From the human T2T-CHM13v2.0 reference genome, Homo sapiens, in NCBI RefSeq assembly GCF_009914755.1, contig NC_060938.1: 64,000 bases of DNA. One strand, given 5' to 3'. The notes below the pieces were generated by a model. That model had not been told where the DNA came from. It searched no databases and saw only the letters and a program-made list of their open reading frames with translations. Position 1 is the first letter of the stretch, and every line of letters starts with the position of its first letter. This document shows, piece after piece, positions 13,115 to 27,220 of this stretch. A program made the position numbers and the translations under genes.

Positions 13115-13988
13115 TCTGCTCTGATCTTTATTGTTTCTTTCTTCTATTAATTTTTGGTTTGGTTTGTTGTTGCCTTTCTAGTTCTTTAAGGTGTATCATT
13201 AGGTGGTTTTTTTGAATTTTTTTTTCTTTTTCAATGTAAACATGTATAGTTATAAACTTCCTTCTTAGTTCTGCTTTTGCTGTATTTCTTAGGTTTTGGT
13301 ATGCTATGTTGCCATTAGCATTTGTTTCATCAAATTTCTAAATTTTCTTCTTACTTTCTTCATTGACCCACTGGTCATTCAGTAGCATGTTGCTTAATTT
13401 CCATGTGTTTGAACAGTGTCCGAAGTTCCTCTCGTTATTCATTTGTAGTTTTATTTCATTGTGGTCAGAGAAGATGCTTGATATTATTTCAGTTTTTTGA
13501 ATGTTTTAAGACTTATTTTGTGAACTAACACATGGTCCTTCCTTGAGAATGATCCATATGCTGAAGAAAAGAATGTCTATTCTGCAGTCGTTGCATGAAA
13601 TGTTCTGTAAATCTCTATTAGCTCCATTTGTTCTATAGTGCAGATTAAGTACAATGTTTCTTTGTTGATTTCGTCTGGAAGATCTGTTCAGTACTTAAAA
13701 TAGGATATTGAAGTCTCCAGCTATTATTGTATTGGAGTCTAACTCTTTAGCTCTGATATTTACTTTATATATCTGGGTGCCCCATTATTGGGTGCATATA
13801 TATTTACAATTGTTATATCCTCTTGCTGAATTGCCCCCTTTCTTATTACGTAGTGACCTTCTTTGTCTCTTCTGATAGTTTTTGTCTTGACATCTATTTT
13901 GTTTAAGTATAGCTACCTCGGTCTAGGATTATAGGCATGAGCCATGCACTGCACATGGCCAGCTCATTCTTTTCAAAAGTTAATACTC

Positions 13989-14148
13989 TTTTTTTTTTTT
14001 CGAGTTGGAGTCTTGCCCTGTCACCCAGGCCAGAGTGCAATGGTGCAATCTTGGCTCATTACAGCCTGGAACTCTTGGGCTCAAGTGATCCTTCTGGCTA
14101 AGCCTCCCTGGTAGGTGGGACTACAGGCACATACCACCACACCCGACT
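13989..14148 (-). mobile_element. Alu right-arm monomer (FRAM or truncated AluJ)
   Basis: T tail + right arm only; flanked by aaaagttaatactct / aaaagttaatattct. Confidence 0.8.
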
Positions 14149-15490
14149 ATAAAAGTTAATATTCTATAGCATGAATATACTACAATATATTCAGTCATTA
14201 TTTTGATGGACATGCATACCCTTCCTTTCTTCTTTCCTTCCTTCCTCTCTTTCTCCCTTTCTTCCTTCAGACAAAGTTGAAAGAAACAGTGGTATATATA
14301 TGTTTTTGGCACTGGTGCTTTTATTTGTAAAGAATAAATTTCTCAAAAATGTATTTTTGTATCCAAGATTTCTGCTAAATTGTATATGCACTTTTAATGT
14401 TAATAGATATTGCCTGATTAGTTTCCAGAAGAGGTTGCAGCAATTCATATTCCAACCAGTGATGCATGAGGGTGTCCATTACTCTGCATCTTCATCAATA
14501 ATGAATAGCATTGCTTAACATTTTTTTTGTCAGTTTTATGAGTGAACACTTTCAAATAAAGACCACTTTCCTGGAGGAAGCAGTTTTTTCCTTTCCAGTC
14601 TTTTCAGGTCTGGATGGGGGCACTTCTTTTGTAAGATATTGAAGGAATATTAAACTTCTTTCTGAGGAGGAACCTTGATCTTCTTCCTTTTTCCTTTGTA
14701 GTGGAACAGTTGGAAGTAATATATATTTACATTTTAGGTTCAGAGAATAATTGATCAATCATTTTGTGTTCCAATGTATCCAGGTTGGCTTCTTCCAGTA
14801 AGATTCACCAGCTAATAGTCATGTTGTGTAAGGATTAATGGCTAATCTCTTTAGGAATTGATTGGAATGGACCAGTTTAACTTTTTATCCTTGTATCATG
14901 AATTTGGCTTCAGATTCTCAGGAGAGAGGGAGCATCTTCAGAATGTTTTGAGTTATGAGATTATTTCCTGGTCATGGAGGATGGGGACACTGATTAACAG
15001 TGACATTTAGACAACATAAAATGGGGGTTAGGATGGCTCCTCAAGGCAATATCAGAGTGCAGTAACCAACAAGGTGGGGAAATGATATTGGGGAGGCCAA
15101 AGCAAGTTGCTCAAACCTAAGATGACAGAAATAAAATTAAAAGTAAACTTCTACCTCTGACCATGACAGAGCTACAGGGTTATGGTTTTTCATCTCATGA
15201 TTAAAAAACTAGAAATCTGGAAAGAAAAAACAATGAAAACCCTGCTTTGAGGCATTGTCCAACAGGCAGTCCCAGACTGTAATCCCTGTGAGAAGGAGAA
15301 AAAAACTAGGTGAATCCTACAGTTGTCCAGTTCCATTTTCCTGGAGGCAATTTTCATATAACATTGCAGAGCCTGGTGATTTTGCTGAATTGAGGAGACA
15401 GAGGTTGGAGTTCTTGGAGGTGGAAGGTGTTAGAACTTGTGGGGAAGATTATAAAAAATGGGAGGGCCTTACACAGAAGCACCAACCTAA

Positions 15491-15823
<333 letters not shown>

Positions 15824-17477
15824 GAGCACTTGTTTCATGAGGCTAGAATTCTCTTGAAACCAAAACTAGCCATAGATGTTATGAGAAAAGGAAACTATAG
15901 GTTAATCTCTCTCATGAACAAAGATAAAAAATTCTGAACAAAATACTGGCAAACTTCATCCAGTGACCTATGAGAAGATAATGTGTGAGAATTAAGTTGG
16001 ATTTATTCCTGAAATGAAATATTTGTTTAACACTGGAAACAATCAATCAATGTAATGTACTACATTAAAAGATTAAAGCAGAAAAAATATCATATGATCA
16101 TCTCAATAGATGTGGCAAACCATTTGATAAAAGTCAACATATATTCATGATAAAAACATTCAACAAATTAATAATATAAGAGAATATCCTCAACCTGATA
16201 AAAGGTTTCTACAGAAAAGCAATAGGAAAATCATTCTTAATTGGTGACATTTTGAAAGCTTTATCTTTGGAATTGGAAAAAGGACAAGGATGCCTACTCT
16301 AGTTTTCTTCAATGTTGCACTGGAAGTCCTAGCCAGTGCAAGATGGTAAGAAAAGAAATAAGAGAAATACAAATTGGAAATGAGTAAATAAACTGTCACT
16401 ATTTGCTGGTAACTTGATTGTGTATATATAGAAAAATTTAAAAGAAGGTATAGATATATTATTAGCATTAATAAATTAGCAAGTTTGTAGGATACAAGGT
16501 CACTAAACAAAAAACAGATGTAGTTCTGTATGTCAGCCACATACAGTTGTAAAATGAAATATAAAAAGCAACCATTTACAGTGGCATCAAAAATTTTGAG
16601 TATTCTTGGAATAAATCTATGAAAAGATATACTATACTTCTATGGAGAACATTCTTGAAGGAAATTAAAGAAGCCCCAAATAAAGGGAGAAATTAGATTC
16701 ATAGACTGCAAAACTTAATGTTGTAAAGATATCATTCTTTTCAAATTATCTCCTCAATTTATCTGTAGATTTAAAAAAATCCCAAACAAAATTCCATTTT
16801 TTTCTGTGTTTCCTGCATTTGTTTAGAGTCTTAAGCTGATTCTAAACTTTATTTGAAAATTAAAAGATCAATAATAGCTAAAACACTTCTGAAGAAAAGC
16901 AGCAATATGGCAGGATTCCATATATCAAGACTTTTTCCTAAAGCTGCAGTAATTACAACAGTGGTATCAGCACAAAAATATATAACTGATTGACACAAAA
17001 AAATAGAGTCCAGAAAGAGAGCCAAGATATGAACACTTGATTAGACAAAGGTGCCATTGCACAGTAGCAGATTAAGGATAGTCTTTTCAATAAAATGTAT
17101 GGGACAAGTGGATATACATATGATAAAAAGAAACAAAGAAAGAAAAGGAAAAAAAAAAGGAAAAGAAACTTGACTTTTATCTCATATCACAGCCAGACAT
17201 CAATTCCACGTGGGTTGTAGGCATGAAGGTGCATGGCAAACAGTGAAGCTTTATTAGATAAAATAGAAGCATATTATCCTGACTTTGGGTAGGGAAAGAT
17301 TTTTTAAAGCAGAAATAAAAGGCACTAACTGTATAGAAAATGGTTGACAAATTTGACAATAAAATTAAGATCTTCTCTTCATCAAAAGACAAACTTAAGG
17401 GCGTACAAAGGTAGGCTACAGAATGGTAGAAAGTATTTGTAACATATGTAACTGACAAAAGCCTTGTATCTATAATT

Positions 17478-17602
17478 TCTTTTTTTGAGACAGAGTCTTG
17501 CTGTGTTGCCCAGGCTGGTCTTCAACTTCTGGCCTCAAGTAATCCTCCCACCTGGGCCTCCCAAATTGCTGAGATTACAGGTGTGAGTTACAGTGCCCTG
17601 CC
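17478..17602 (-). mobile_element. FLAM_C / Alu left monomer
   Basis: Left monomer only; TSD aagccttgtatcta / aaggcctgtatcta. Confidence 0.85.
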
Positions 17603-18818
17603 AAGGCCTGTATCTAGATGACATGAAGTATTCCTTCATATTAATTAAAAAAAGACGATTTATATAAAATGATCAATGACTTAAGCAGGAACTTCACAAA
17701 GAGGATATCCAAATGTGCAATAAATGCATGAGAAATGCTCAACTCAGTAATCAGTGAATTGCAAACTAAAAGAAGCTGCTACACAATTAGCTGAATGGCT
17801 TATATTAAAGAGATGGCACTCTCACATATGAGCAAAGATGTAGAACAACTGGTAGAAGGGTAAATTGGCACAACAATTTGGAAAACAGTTTATCATGATA
17901 CAGTAAAGTTGAAGATGAGGCAGTCCTGTGACCATCAGTTTCATTTCTAAGTATGTACTCGACTGAAATATATCCCCATATGCAATGGGAGACATGAATC
18001 TTAATGTATATAGTAGCATTACATTTGGTAATTTCAAATTGAACTAACTCAAATGTGTGTCACCAAGAAGTGACAAAGAAGTCTTTGATATTTGTACAAA
18101 GGACTACTGTACAGTAATGAAATGTAACAAATGACAGCTTCATATAACAACATGATGAATTTCAGAAACAATGTTGAAGGACAGAAGCAAGACCAAAAGA
18201 ACATATACCGTGTGCTTTTATTTATTTAATGTTAAAAAATAAGCAAAACTAAAGTGTAGTGTTTAGGGATACATACTTATGGGAAGGGTACAGGTGATTA
18301 AAAAAGAAATGAACACTTAAAAATTTATTACACATTAATTATATGTTATATATGGACATGTAGTTTGTATCAAATTACAGATTTCCCCTCATATTTCTCA
18401 ATATTTATGCAATGACTCTTCAGTCCATTCTTTTTTATGGGGAACTTAGTGACAGGGGTCACATATTCAAACAAGCTAAAGAAGTGTTTTTTTTCTGCCC
18501 ATAGCCAACAGGAGTTCTCAGATACATTTTCTACTTCATTTTCATCACATATCCCTTCAGTTCCTTAATCGGCATCTTCTCTGACACAGGACTGTTAATT
18601 CGGTTTGAAATATTGACTGTGGATGAGTGATTACCCAAATCTCTTGGATGTCTTGATAACTCTGTGTTTATAACACCTAATATGTTCGTGAAGAAATGAA
18701 GGACTGCATTTGGACTGTCATTGGTGATAGGTTACAAAGGATTTGGGCTAAAGTAGACCTCAGGATTGATATATGCCTTGGGGATAGTATGGAACATTAG
18801 TAAAATTATAAAAATAAT

Positions 18819-19172
18819 TGTGATAATTCCTTTAAAAATTGTTTGTTTGGGTCACCATTCTGAAGACTGGGAATTCCAAGATTGAGGGCACATCTGGTGA
18901 GAGCCTCTTGCTGCATCATAACATGGCAGAGGCATCTTGTGGTGAGAGAGTTGGTATGAGAGAGGGCAAGAGCCAGTGAGACAGAGAGGAAAATGGGGGA
19001 TGAATAATTTATCCTTTTAGCAGGATCCCAGTTGTGTGATAAACTGACCCACTTACACAATAACAGCAATACTCTATTCTCTAATTGCTGCTCAAAGATC
19101 CTGCATGTCAACACTGTTTCATTAGCAGTTAAATTCCAACAAAAGTTTGGAGGGGACATTCAAATCATAGCA
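18819..19172 (-). mobile_element. MSTD/MLT1A-like MaLR LTR
   Basis: ctgggaattccaagattgagggcacatctggtgagagcctcttgctgcatcataacatggcaga...ggggacattcaaatcatagca. Confidence 0.75.
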
Positions 19173-20169
19173 GTAGGATTCAGTAAATGGTTCTTGAATT
19201 AATCTAAGACTTAGTCATTAAAATAAGGCTCATTTCAGAAGCTGGTCCTTATATTTGATGACATCTATTAATATTTTATTGAGACTAAAGGTTACAGTTC
19301 TCCATAATTAATGTAGGAAATAGGATTCCCTTCTTTATGAAATTGAGCCAAATGACATAGGCTTATTTTCAAAATTTTTAGCTGTCAAGAGAAATTTAGA
19401 AATAAAGACATTAAAGTATTACATAAGTATTCTTGCCATTTTTCTAGGTGAAATTACACCTCAGAAACACAGTCAAGTGAACAATGAATATGCAAACTTT
19501 TCTAGGTAGACTGGATAGAATCTTTTATTTCAGCATTTTCCTTAGAATATTCTTTTTATAGGAACAATAAAATTGAAGCAATTTTTAAAAAGCCATACCA
19601 TTATTAGAAATTCAAGTATTCTTTTCCTTCTGGCTGTGTGATTGGATATTTCCCACCCCCCTAGAAAGTAGTTGCTAACTGGCTTTCTTCAATTCTTGAT
19701 TTCTTTTAAATCTCAATCCTTGGTTCTCTGCTATTCTGTATGTATGCTATTTTATTTGGGGAGTTACTATTGTCCCCTAACCTCAAATATTACTCTTATG
19801 ATTATAATTTCCAGGTTCTACCTCCCATTCAAACTCCATTCCAATTTTGTCAGGTTTTTTTTTTTAGGACATCTGTATCTTCCACCAAACATTCAAGCTC
19901 AGTGTCTTCTACACAGAATTCCTAGTACCCATGAATAACTACTTTCAAACTCCCAGTTTCTGCCAGTATTCTTGCTATGTTCTGAGGTGGAAATAAAAGC
20001 TATTTGTCTGCGACAGCTATTATCCCATTCATCATCAGGTTTCATTTGCCTTATTTAGCTAAGCATTTATGCCCACTGATGTTTCACACACATTGTAATA
20101 AAAAATAATGATACTTAACATTATTCAGTTTTTCATATGTGCCAGCATCTAAGAGCTGTACATTCTTAA

Positions 20170-20584
<415 letters not shown>

Positions 20585-20585
20585 A

Positions 20586-20890
20586 TTTTATGTTTTTATT
20601 ATTTTTAGAGATAGGGTCTCATTCTGTCACCCAGGCTGGAGTATAGTGGCATGATCATAGCTCACTGCAGTGTTGAACTCTTGAGCTCAAGCAATCCTTT
20701 CACCTCAGTATCCTGAGTAGCTTGGACTGCAGGCATGTGCCACCATGCCTGGCTAATTTTTAATTTTTTTTGTAGAGATAAGGTCTCACTGTTTTGCCTA
20801 GGTTGGTCTCCAACTCCTGGCCTCAAGCAACCCTTCTGTCTTGGCCTCCCAAAGCATTGGGCTTACAGACATGAGCCACTTCACCTGGCC
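20586..20890 (-). mobile_element. AluJ-like SINE
   Basis: Full dimer; tgtctttta repeated at 20221-20229 and 20891-20899 brackets the Alu pair. Confidence 0.9.
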
Positions 20891-21147
20891 TGTCTTTTAA
20901 ATTATATAGAAAAGAAAGAGTTACAAACAAAAAACACATTTTTATTGTCTTTTATATTTATCTATGTAATTACCTTTTCTGTGCTTTTTATTTCTCCTTG
21001 TCGATTTCAGTTACTCTCTAGGGTTCTTTTATTTAATTCTGAAGGACACTCTTTAATATTTATTTTAGTATGGTCACTAGTAAGGAATTCTTTAGGTTTT
21101 TGTTTATCTGGAAATGTTTTATATTTGCCTTCATTTTTAAAGATAGT

Positions 21148-21520
21148 TGTATTAGTTTGTTCTCAGACTGCTATAAAAAACTACTGTAGACTAGGTAATT
21201 TATGAAGAAAAGAAGTTTAATTGACTCACAGTTCCATAAGCTGTACAGGAAGCATGGCTGGGAGGCCTCAGGAAACTCACAGTCATGACAAAAGGCAAAA
21301 GGGGAACAAGCACATCTTACCATGGTGGAGCAGGAGAGAGAGCAAAGAGGGAAATGTTACATGCCAGATCTAATGAGAACTCACTATCATGAGAAAAGCA
21401 AGGGGGAAATCCATCTCCATGATCCCATCACCATCCACCAGGTGATGGGGAGGGCCCCCAACATTAAGGATTGCAGTTCAACATGAGATTTGGGTGGGGA
21501 CATGGAGCCAAACCATATCA
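21148..21520 (-). mobile_element. MSTA solo LTR
   Basis: tgtattagt...aaaccatatca with perfect 5-bp TSD atagt (21143-21147 / 21521-21525). Confidence 0.92.
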
Positions 21521-22645
21521 ATAGTTTTGCTGGCTATAGAATTTATTAGTGTTTTTTTTGTTTGTTTTTTGTTTTTTTCCTCTTAGTACTTTGAATATGT
21601 CATCCCACCATTTCTGGTCTCTACAATTTCTGATGAGAAATCAGCTGTTGATCTTATTGAGTATCATATATACATGGTGGTTTGTTTCTTTTTTTTGGGC
21701 TTTCAACCTTTTTTTCTTTGTTTTTTGACAGTTTGAATATCTAGGCATGGATATCTTTGAATTTATTCTACTTGGAGTTTGAGGATGTGAAGATTAATGT
21801 TTTGTCTCCATTTGGGGAAATTATTGGCAAATATTTCTTCAGATATTCTTTCTGTACCTTTCTCTTGCTCCTCTCCTTCTAGGACTCTTATTATGCATAT
21901 GTTTGCATGCTTGATGTCTCATATGTCTGAGGCGCTGTTCATTTTTCTTCATTCTTTCTTTTTTTGTGTTACACAGACTAGACACTCTCAATCGACCTGT
22001 TTTCAAGTTCATTCATTTTTTTTTTCTGTCTGCTGAAATCTTCTGTTGAGATTGTCTTGTGGATTTTTCCTTTCAGTTTTTGTTATTTTCAACTCCAGAA
22101 TTTTTCTCTTTGTTTTTTTTTTTAAAAGTCTATCTCTTTAAAATGTCTATTTCTAGAACCAATAAGTTGATATTTTCTATTTAGTGAGACATGATTCTCA
22201 TACTTTCCTTTAATCCTTTAGATATGATTTAGTTCTTTGAATATATTTAAAATAGATTATTGAAGTCTTTGTATAGTGAGTCCAGTATCTGGGATTTCTT
22301 AGAGTCAGTTTCTGTTGATTGCTTGTTTTCCTTACGTATGGCCCATACTTTCTTATTTTTTTACTGTTCTTATAGTCTTTTTATTGTTCTTGTTGAAAGC
22401 TAGACATTTTAAGTAGTATAGTAGTTCTGGAAGTCAGATTTTCTTCCCCCACCTCAGGGTTTCTTGTTGCTACTGTTTGTTTTAGTGTGTTTGTTTAGTG
22501 ACTCTTCTCAATTATTGCTGTAACATCTATATTCTATGTGGCTATTGAAGTCTCTGCTTGGTTAGCTTAGTGGTCAGCTAATTATTGGATGAAGACTTTC
22601 TTGATTGCCTAGAACCAATAAATCTCCCAGTCTTTGCAAAGGGCA

Positions 22646-22650
22646 TGTGT

Positions 22651-22682
<32 letters not shown>
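22646..22682. repeat. (TG)n microsatellite
   Basis: Direct reading. Confidence 0.95.
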
Positions 22683-23013
22683 TGTGGCATGCTTTCAACT
22701 CTCAGCCAAGCAACTGACAGCTCTGTCTTGGCCCTCACTTTCTGCTTATGCAATTCCTCAAGCCAGATGTGAGAGCTTAGGGCCTTCTCAGATTTTCTTA
22801 TCATGTTGTCAGTCACCACTGAGTATGGGCACAGGCATATATATGTGTGTGGTCATCTAGGTTCCTAGGAATATTTCAAAACATTTCAAAAAGCCTAGGA
22901 CATCTTGTTTTCTATTGTTTCCCTTTAAGCTTTTTGCTTAGTCCATTGTTTGTCCTGTTTTCCACCTCATCAGGCAGTTATGAATTTATTTGTTTATTTT
23001 TTATTTTATTTTT

Positions 23014-23108
23014 AGAAGCCAGTCAAATTTAGCAGCAGGTGGTTATATACCAACTTTAGTGACACTAATGTTAATAAGTTCTGATAACCCACTACCATCC
23101 GACAAGCC
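23014..23108 (-). pseudogene. Y4 RNA (RNY4-derived) retropseudogene, full length
   Basis: Reverse complement reads GGCTTGTCGGATGGTAGTGGGTTATCAGAACTTATTAACATTAGTGTCACTAAAGTTGGTATATAACC...GCTAAATTTGACTGGCTT, matching hY4; A-rich tail 22988-23013; TSD agttatgaattt (22976-22987) / aggtatgaattt (23109-23120). Confidence 0.95.
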
Positions 23109-23439
23109 AGGTATGAATTTAAACAGTTGACTTATTTGTTTTTGACAAATGCCCTGGGTAAAGCCCTTTTGAATTGTCACTTTGGAAAACTCCCTGTCAG
23201 GTAACATTCAGACAACTTATCTGAATTTCTGGAAGTGAGATCTTCCAGGGAACTACCAGACAGATTGAATAATGGCAATTCCTTTAGGAATAGGGCTTTA
23301 AAGAAACCCCAGCTTGATCCTGTCCTCTCCAGTGGTTTCCAGCTTCTAATTTTCACTGCAAATGCAGTCTGTTAATTTCCAAGGCTGTAGTGTTTCTGGA
23401 GAGTGGGGGATGGGGCTAGGGAAAATTAAAATGCTACAA

Positions 23440-23566
23440 CCTGGGCCCTATGGTTCCTGCCTGTAATCCTAGCTACTTGGGAGGCTGAGGCAAGAGGATT
23501 GCTTGAACCCAGGAGTTTGAGATGAGCCTGGGCAACATAGTGAGATTCTGTTTCAAAAAGGAAAAA
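23440..23566 (+). mobile_element. FLAM_A-like Alu monomer
   Basis: cctgtaatcctagctacttgggaggctgagg...agcctgggcaacatagtgaga + A-rich tail. Confidence 0.85.
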
Positions 23567-23652
23567 CAGATCCTTGATCATAGCTGAGAGTGTCCCCTAA
23601 TTCCATTCTCATCCTTAGAACAATGGTTGGAGTCATTTTTTTTTTTTTTTTG

Positions 23653-23783
23653 GGCCAGGTATGGTGGTGTGCACCTGGAATTCCAGCTACTTGGGAGACT
23701 GAAGCAGAAGGATCACTTGAGGCCAGGAGTTTGAGACCAGCCTGGACAACATAGTGAGATTCCTGTCTCAAATTTTTAAAAAA
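23653..23783 (+). mobile_element. FLAM_A-like Alu monomer
   Basis: ggccaggtatggtggtgtgcacctg...agcctggacaacatagtgaga. Confidence 0.85.
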
Positions 23784-24786
23784 CCCACAAAATTTTGTTC
23801 TTAACAAGATGCAGCCATTTTTGTTGAGTGAATAAATGATGTCTGAATTGCTGCAAGCCCTTAGTCAATTTCAAGTTCTGACATGTTGATTTTGACAAAT
23901 TTTGCCAGTTTTCTCTTTCCTTTTATGGAGAATTTCAGAGGTCCCTACTCCACCATTTTCAGTGATGTCTTCTCCATAATTATTAAGAGCTTGGTTGTGT
24001 AGTAGTACTTCACTAGAAAAAAAGTCTGGCTGTTCTGTTTTACAAGATATAGGTATATTGAAGCATAAGAGTTTATGTGTGTGTGCCACAAGGGTCTTGT
24101 GATTTGGTAATACCTACAGGATAGGGATAAGCCAGCCAGGTGGGATGTTGCCCTGGGCACAAGACTGAGTGTGACTAGGAGGATAATAAGCCAAGGAAAG
24201 TTGAAGTAAGGCATTCAGGATAGAGAAGAGGCAACATTATAGAGAAGAAACAAGTTTGGAGCTTTGATTATAATATTGTGCTAAATTTGGAAGGGCACAA
24301 TGTAGGCAGAAACAGAAGACTATATAGAGGAATTGAGAGAGCACAATCACATTAACAGGCCCAGGCAATTGGTTCAGGACAGACTATGAGGAGCACACTG
24401 GTCCAGAGAACTCTGTTTATCTGATGTCCATTGCATTTTCCTGGGACAGTGTGGGGCAGGCATTGCAGCTTATCAGAGTTGCTTCAGGCTAGCCATTTGT
24501 ATTTTGATTGTCAAGGCAAACCCCATGATGAAGGATTAAATAATGCCAAGACAGTTTAGGATTTTCCTGAATGTTGTAATCTACAAACACAGAAGGGTTT
24601 TAGAGAAGAAGAAAGTCTGTAACAGCTGCAGTATCCAGGAAGGTCTTTATGTAGGAGGAAAAACTGCTCTTTGAATAATATGTAGGGTTTAGCTAGGCAA
24701 GAGGTTAAAGGACTGTGGCATGTACCCACAGACAGGAGGGAAGAAATGAGTATGAAATGGAATGGTGTGTGTTGGGGTAAACATGG

Positions 24787-25176
24787 TGTATTAGTCCATT
24801 CTCATGCTGCTATAAAGATACTACCTGAGACTGTGTAATTTATAAACAAAGGAGGTTTAATTGACTCACAGTTCTGCATGGCTGGGGAGGCCTCAGGAAA
24901 CTTACAATCACAGCAGAAGGGGAAGCAAACACCTTCTTCACAAGGTGGCAGGAGGGAGTGTGAGCATGTGAAGGAGGAACTGTCAAACACTTATAAAATC
25001 ATCAGATCTTGTGAGAACTCACTCACTATAATGAGTAAGTACAGCATGAGGAAGACTGCCCCCATGACCCAAACACCTCCCTCCCTCTACATGTGGGGAT
25101 TACAGGCCCCTCCCTCAACCCGTGGGGATTACAATTTGAGATGAGATTTGGGTGGGGACACAGCCAAACCATATCA
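24787..25176 (-). mobile_element. THE1D/MSTA solo LTR
   Basis: tgtattagtccattctcatgctgct...gccaaaccatatca with perfect TSD catgg (24782-24786 / 25177-25181). Confidence 0.92.
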
Positions 25177-26289
25177 CATGGGAACTCATTTTGGTCACAT
25201 CAAATTTCTTGTTGAAATATAATTTGGGAATAAGAAAATTTTTAAATAGGAATTCCGCCGAGCACAATTATGTAAGACTACCAGGGAATCAAAAAGACAT
25301 AACTGAAATGATTGCTGGGCACTATTGAAGATACACAGCATTAATTAATGGTAGGTCAGTTCTTACAGTCATTCTTTTTTTCCACCCATTTTTCTTCTAT
25401 TCTTCCCATACTATTTTTGAGGAGAAAAGAGGCTTAATTTTATTAGATCCTTAATATGTGCCAGGCACTGTACCAAGCACTTTATATGTGGATTTCATTT
25501 AATCCTCTCATCTGACCTTTGGAGGTTGCCATCAATAATCCAATTTGATAGATACAGAGATTTGGTATTTTATTAATAGCTGGTCCCTTTCCTTGTCATG
25601 GAACCAAAATTCACCACAAGTAGTAGAGGGTTTATTGTGAGGGAAGTTCAGATGTTAGTTGGGGCTCTTCCTTTGCATTGCCAATCTCCTATGTGCAGAT
25701 TTCCTGCATATATACATGTGTGTGTATAGAAAACAGGATATTCATTAAGCAGCTATCCTTAATGGTTATCTGGGAAAAGCTTAATTACTAGGCCACAGGA
25801 TTAATGGGACCCATGACAGCCTGAGATAGAACCTGGAACGGAAAGGTCTTTCATAGTCCTGGGAGTTTTAGGGACTTTAGAAGCAGAGTCAATGGATCTG
25901 CATGTTATCCATCATTGACCCAACTCAGGTATCCCTATTTGCCATTGATATATCTGTGTTCTCCTCTTCCTATGACCAACTGGCTGATTCTTCTACTTTT
26001 TTGTTTATATTTGTGAGAGAGAATGTTTTTGGGAGAAATATTTTATGCTCCTTTAGCGGGGGCTGTTTTGGGATGGTTTACCTGAGAAGAAACTAAGGGA
26101 GTATCATGCATGGTATTTGAGAGGTTTAATACTTAGAAAAATTTAACATGTCCCAAGTCAATCAATGGCAGAGTCAAGAAATGAATAACAGTTTATCTCA
26201 AAGGTTCTATTCTTTTTACTCTTCTTGTGGGCATGACTTTGTTTTAAGGTTGATGTGGGTTATGTAGTTGACCCCCATCCCCGAAGAGC

Positions 26290-27220
26290 TGACAGTAGTA
26301 GTTAAATATGGTATAAATTAGCAGATAAGTGCCACATGAATGGTTCAGGAAAGCATCCTGGGAGTTCAGATGAAGGGGAAAATTCCTCTGAGTGAATTAA
26401 TTAGAGAAGAATTCATGGATAAAGTAGTAATTGAGCAGAATAAAGACAGCCTTTTAAGGCAGAAATGTAGGGAAGGGATGACGTGAATAAAGGCTTAATG
26501 ACGAGGAAGGCACAAGGATAAGTTTGATTACAGCACAGGGCACTGGGGTCTACGGTGCATATCGCTTTAGGGTGCTTACTCTAAATCATGCTGGGAGCAG
26601 AATGAAGAAAAGCTGAGAGTGGAGTGAGAGCAGTACCCAGGAAACCATCATGGAAGGGATTTCAATGATTCGGATGTGAGATCAAGAAGAAATGAATTAG
26701 TGTTATGGCAAAAAATATGGAAAGAAAGAAATGAATTCAGGGATGATTCTGAAAGAGACAAGACAGGACTTGAAGCCTGATTAGATGATACGGATGAAGC
26801 AGATGGGAGAATAAGACAACATTGAGAATTCAAGTCTGGATAACAGTGATAGTGAGAATGATACCTTCATTATGAGAAATAAAATCAGGAAGAGGTGTTG
26901 ATGGGGATAGGAAAATAGTGCATGGTTTATGTATGCTGAGTTTAAGGTATTAGTGGGGCATCCAGATATAGACATCTATTAAACAGTTAAAAATGTGAGC
27001 TTGAATCTTGGCAGAGTGGTTGGGACAAAAATTTTTTTAAAAAGTTGATAATCTTCAACATGTAAATTGTTGTCGAAGCACAGGAGTAGATAAAATTTCC
27101 AAAGAGAGACAGATCTTAGAAAAAAGATGAAAATTCCAAGGGCAAAGCTTTGATAAACAACTCACAGTTTTTGAGGGGTAGGATACAAAAGATGAAGAAC
27201 TAGGCAGATACTACTTGCCC
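26290..27220 (-). mobile_element. L2 remnant
   Basis: tgctgagtttaaggtattagtggggcatccagatatagacatctattaaacagtt and other purine-rich L2 antisense text. Confidence 0.6.

Larger units (their letters stand above)
20891..23970 (-). mobile_element. Old L1M (ORF1 and 5' region), interrupted by MSTA, Y4 pseudogene and FLAMs
   Basis: ttctgatgagaaatcagctgttgatcttattgag, ttggggaaattattggcaaatatttcttcagatattc, ttcaactccagaatt are typical antisense L1M ORF1 text. Confidence 0.7.

Noticed and set aside
25076-25135. Short direct repeat (ctccctc…gtggggattaca twice) in the THE1D/MSTA LTR
   Set aside because: Small tandem duplication within an LTR, probably a subfamily variant
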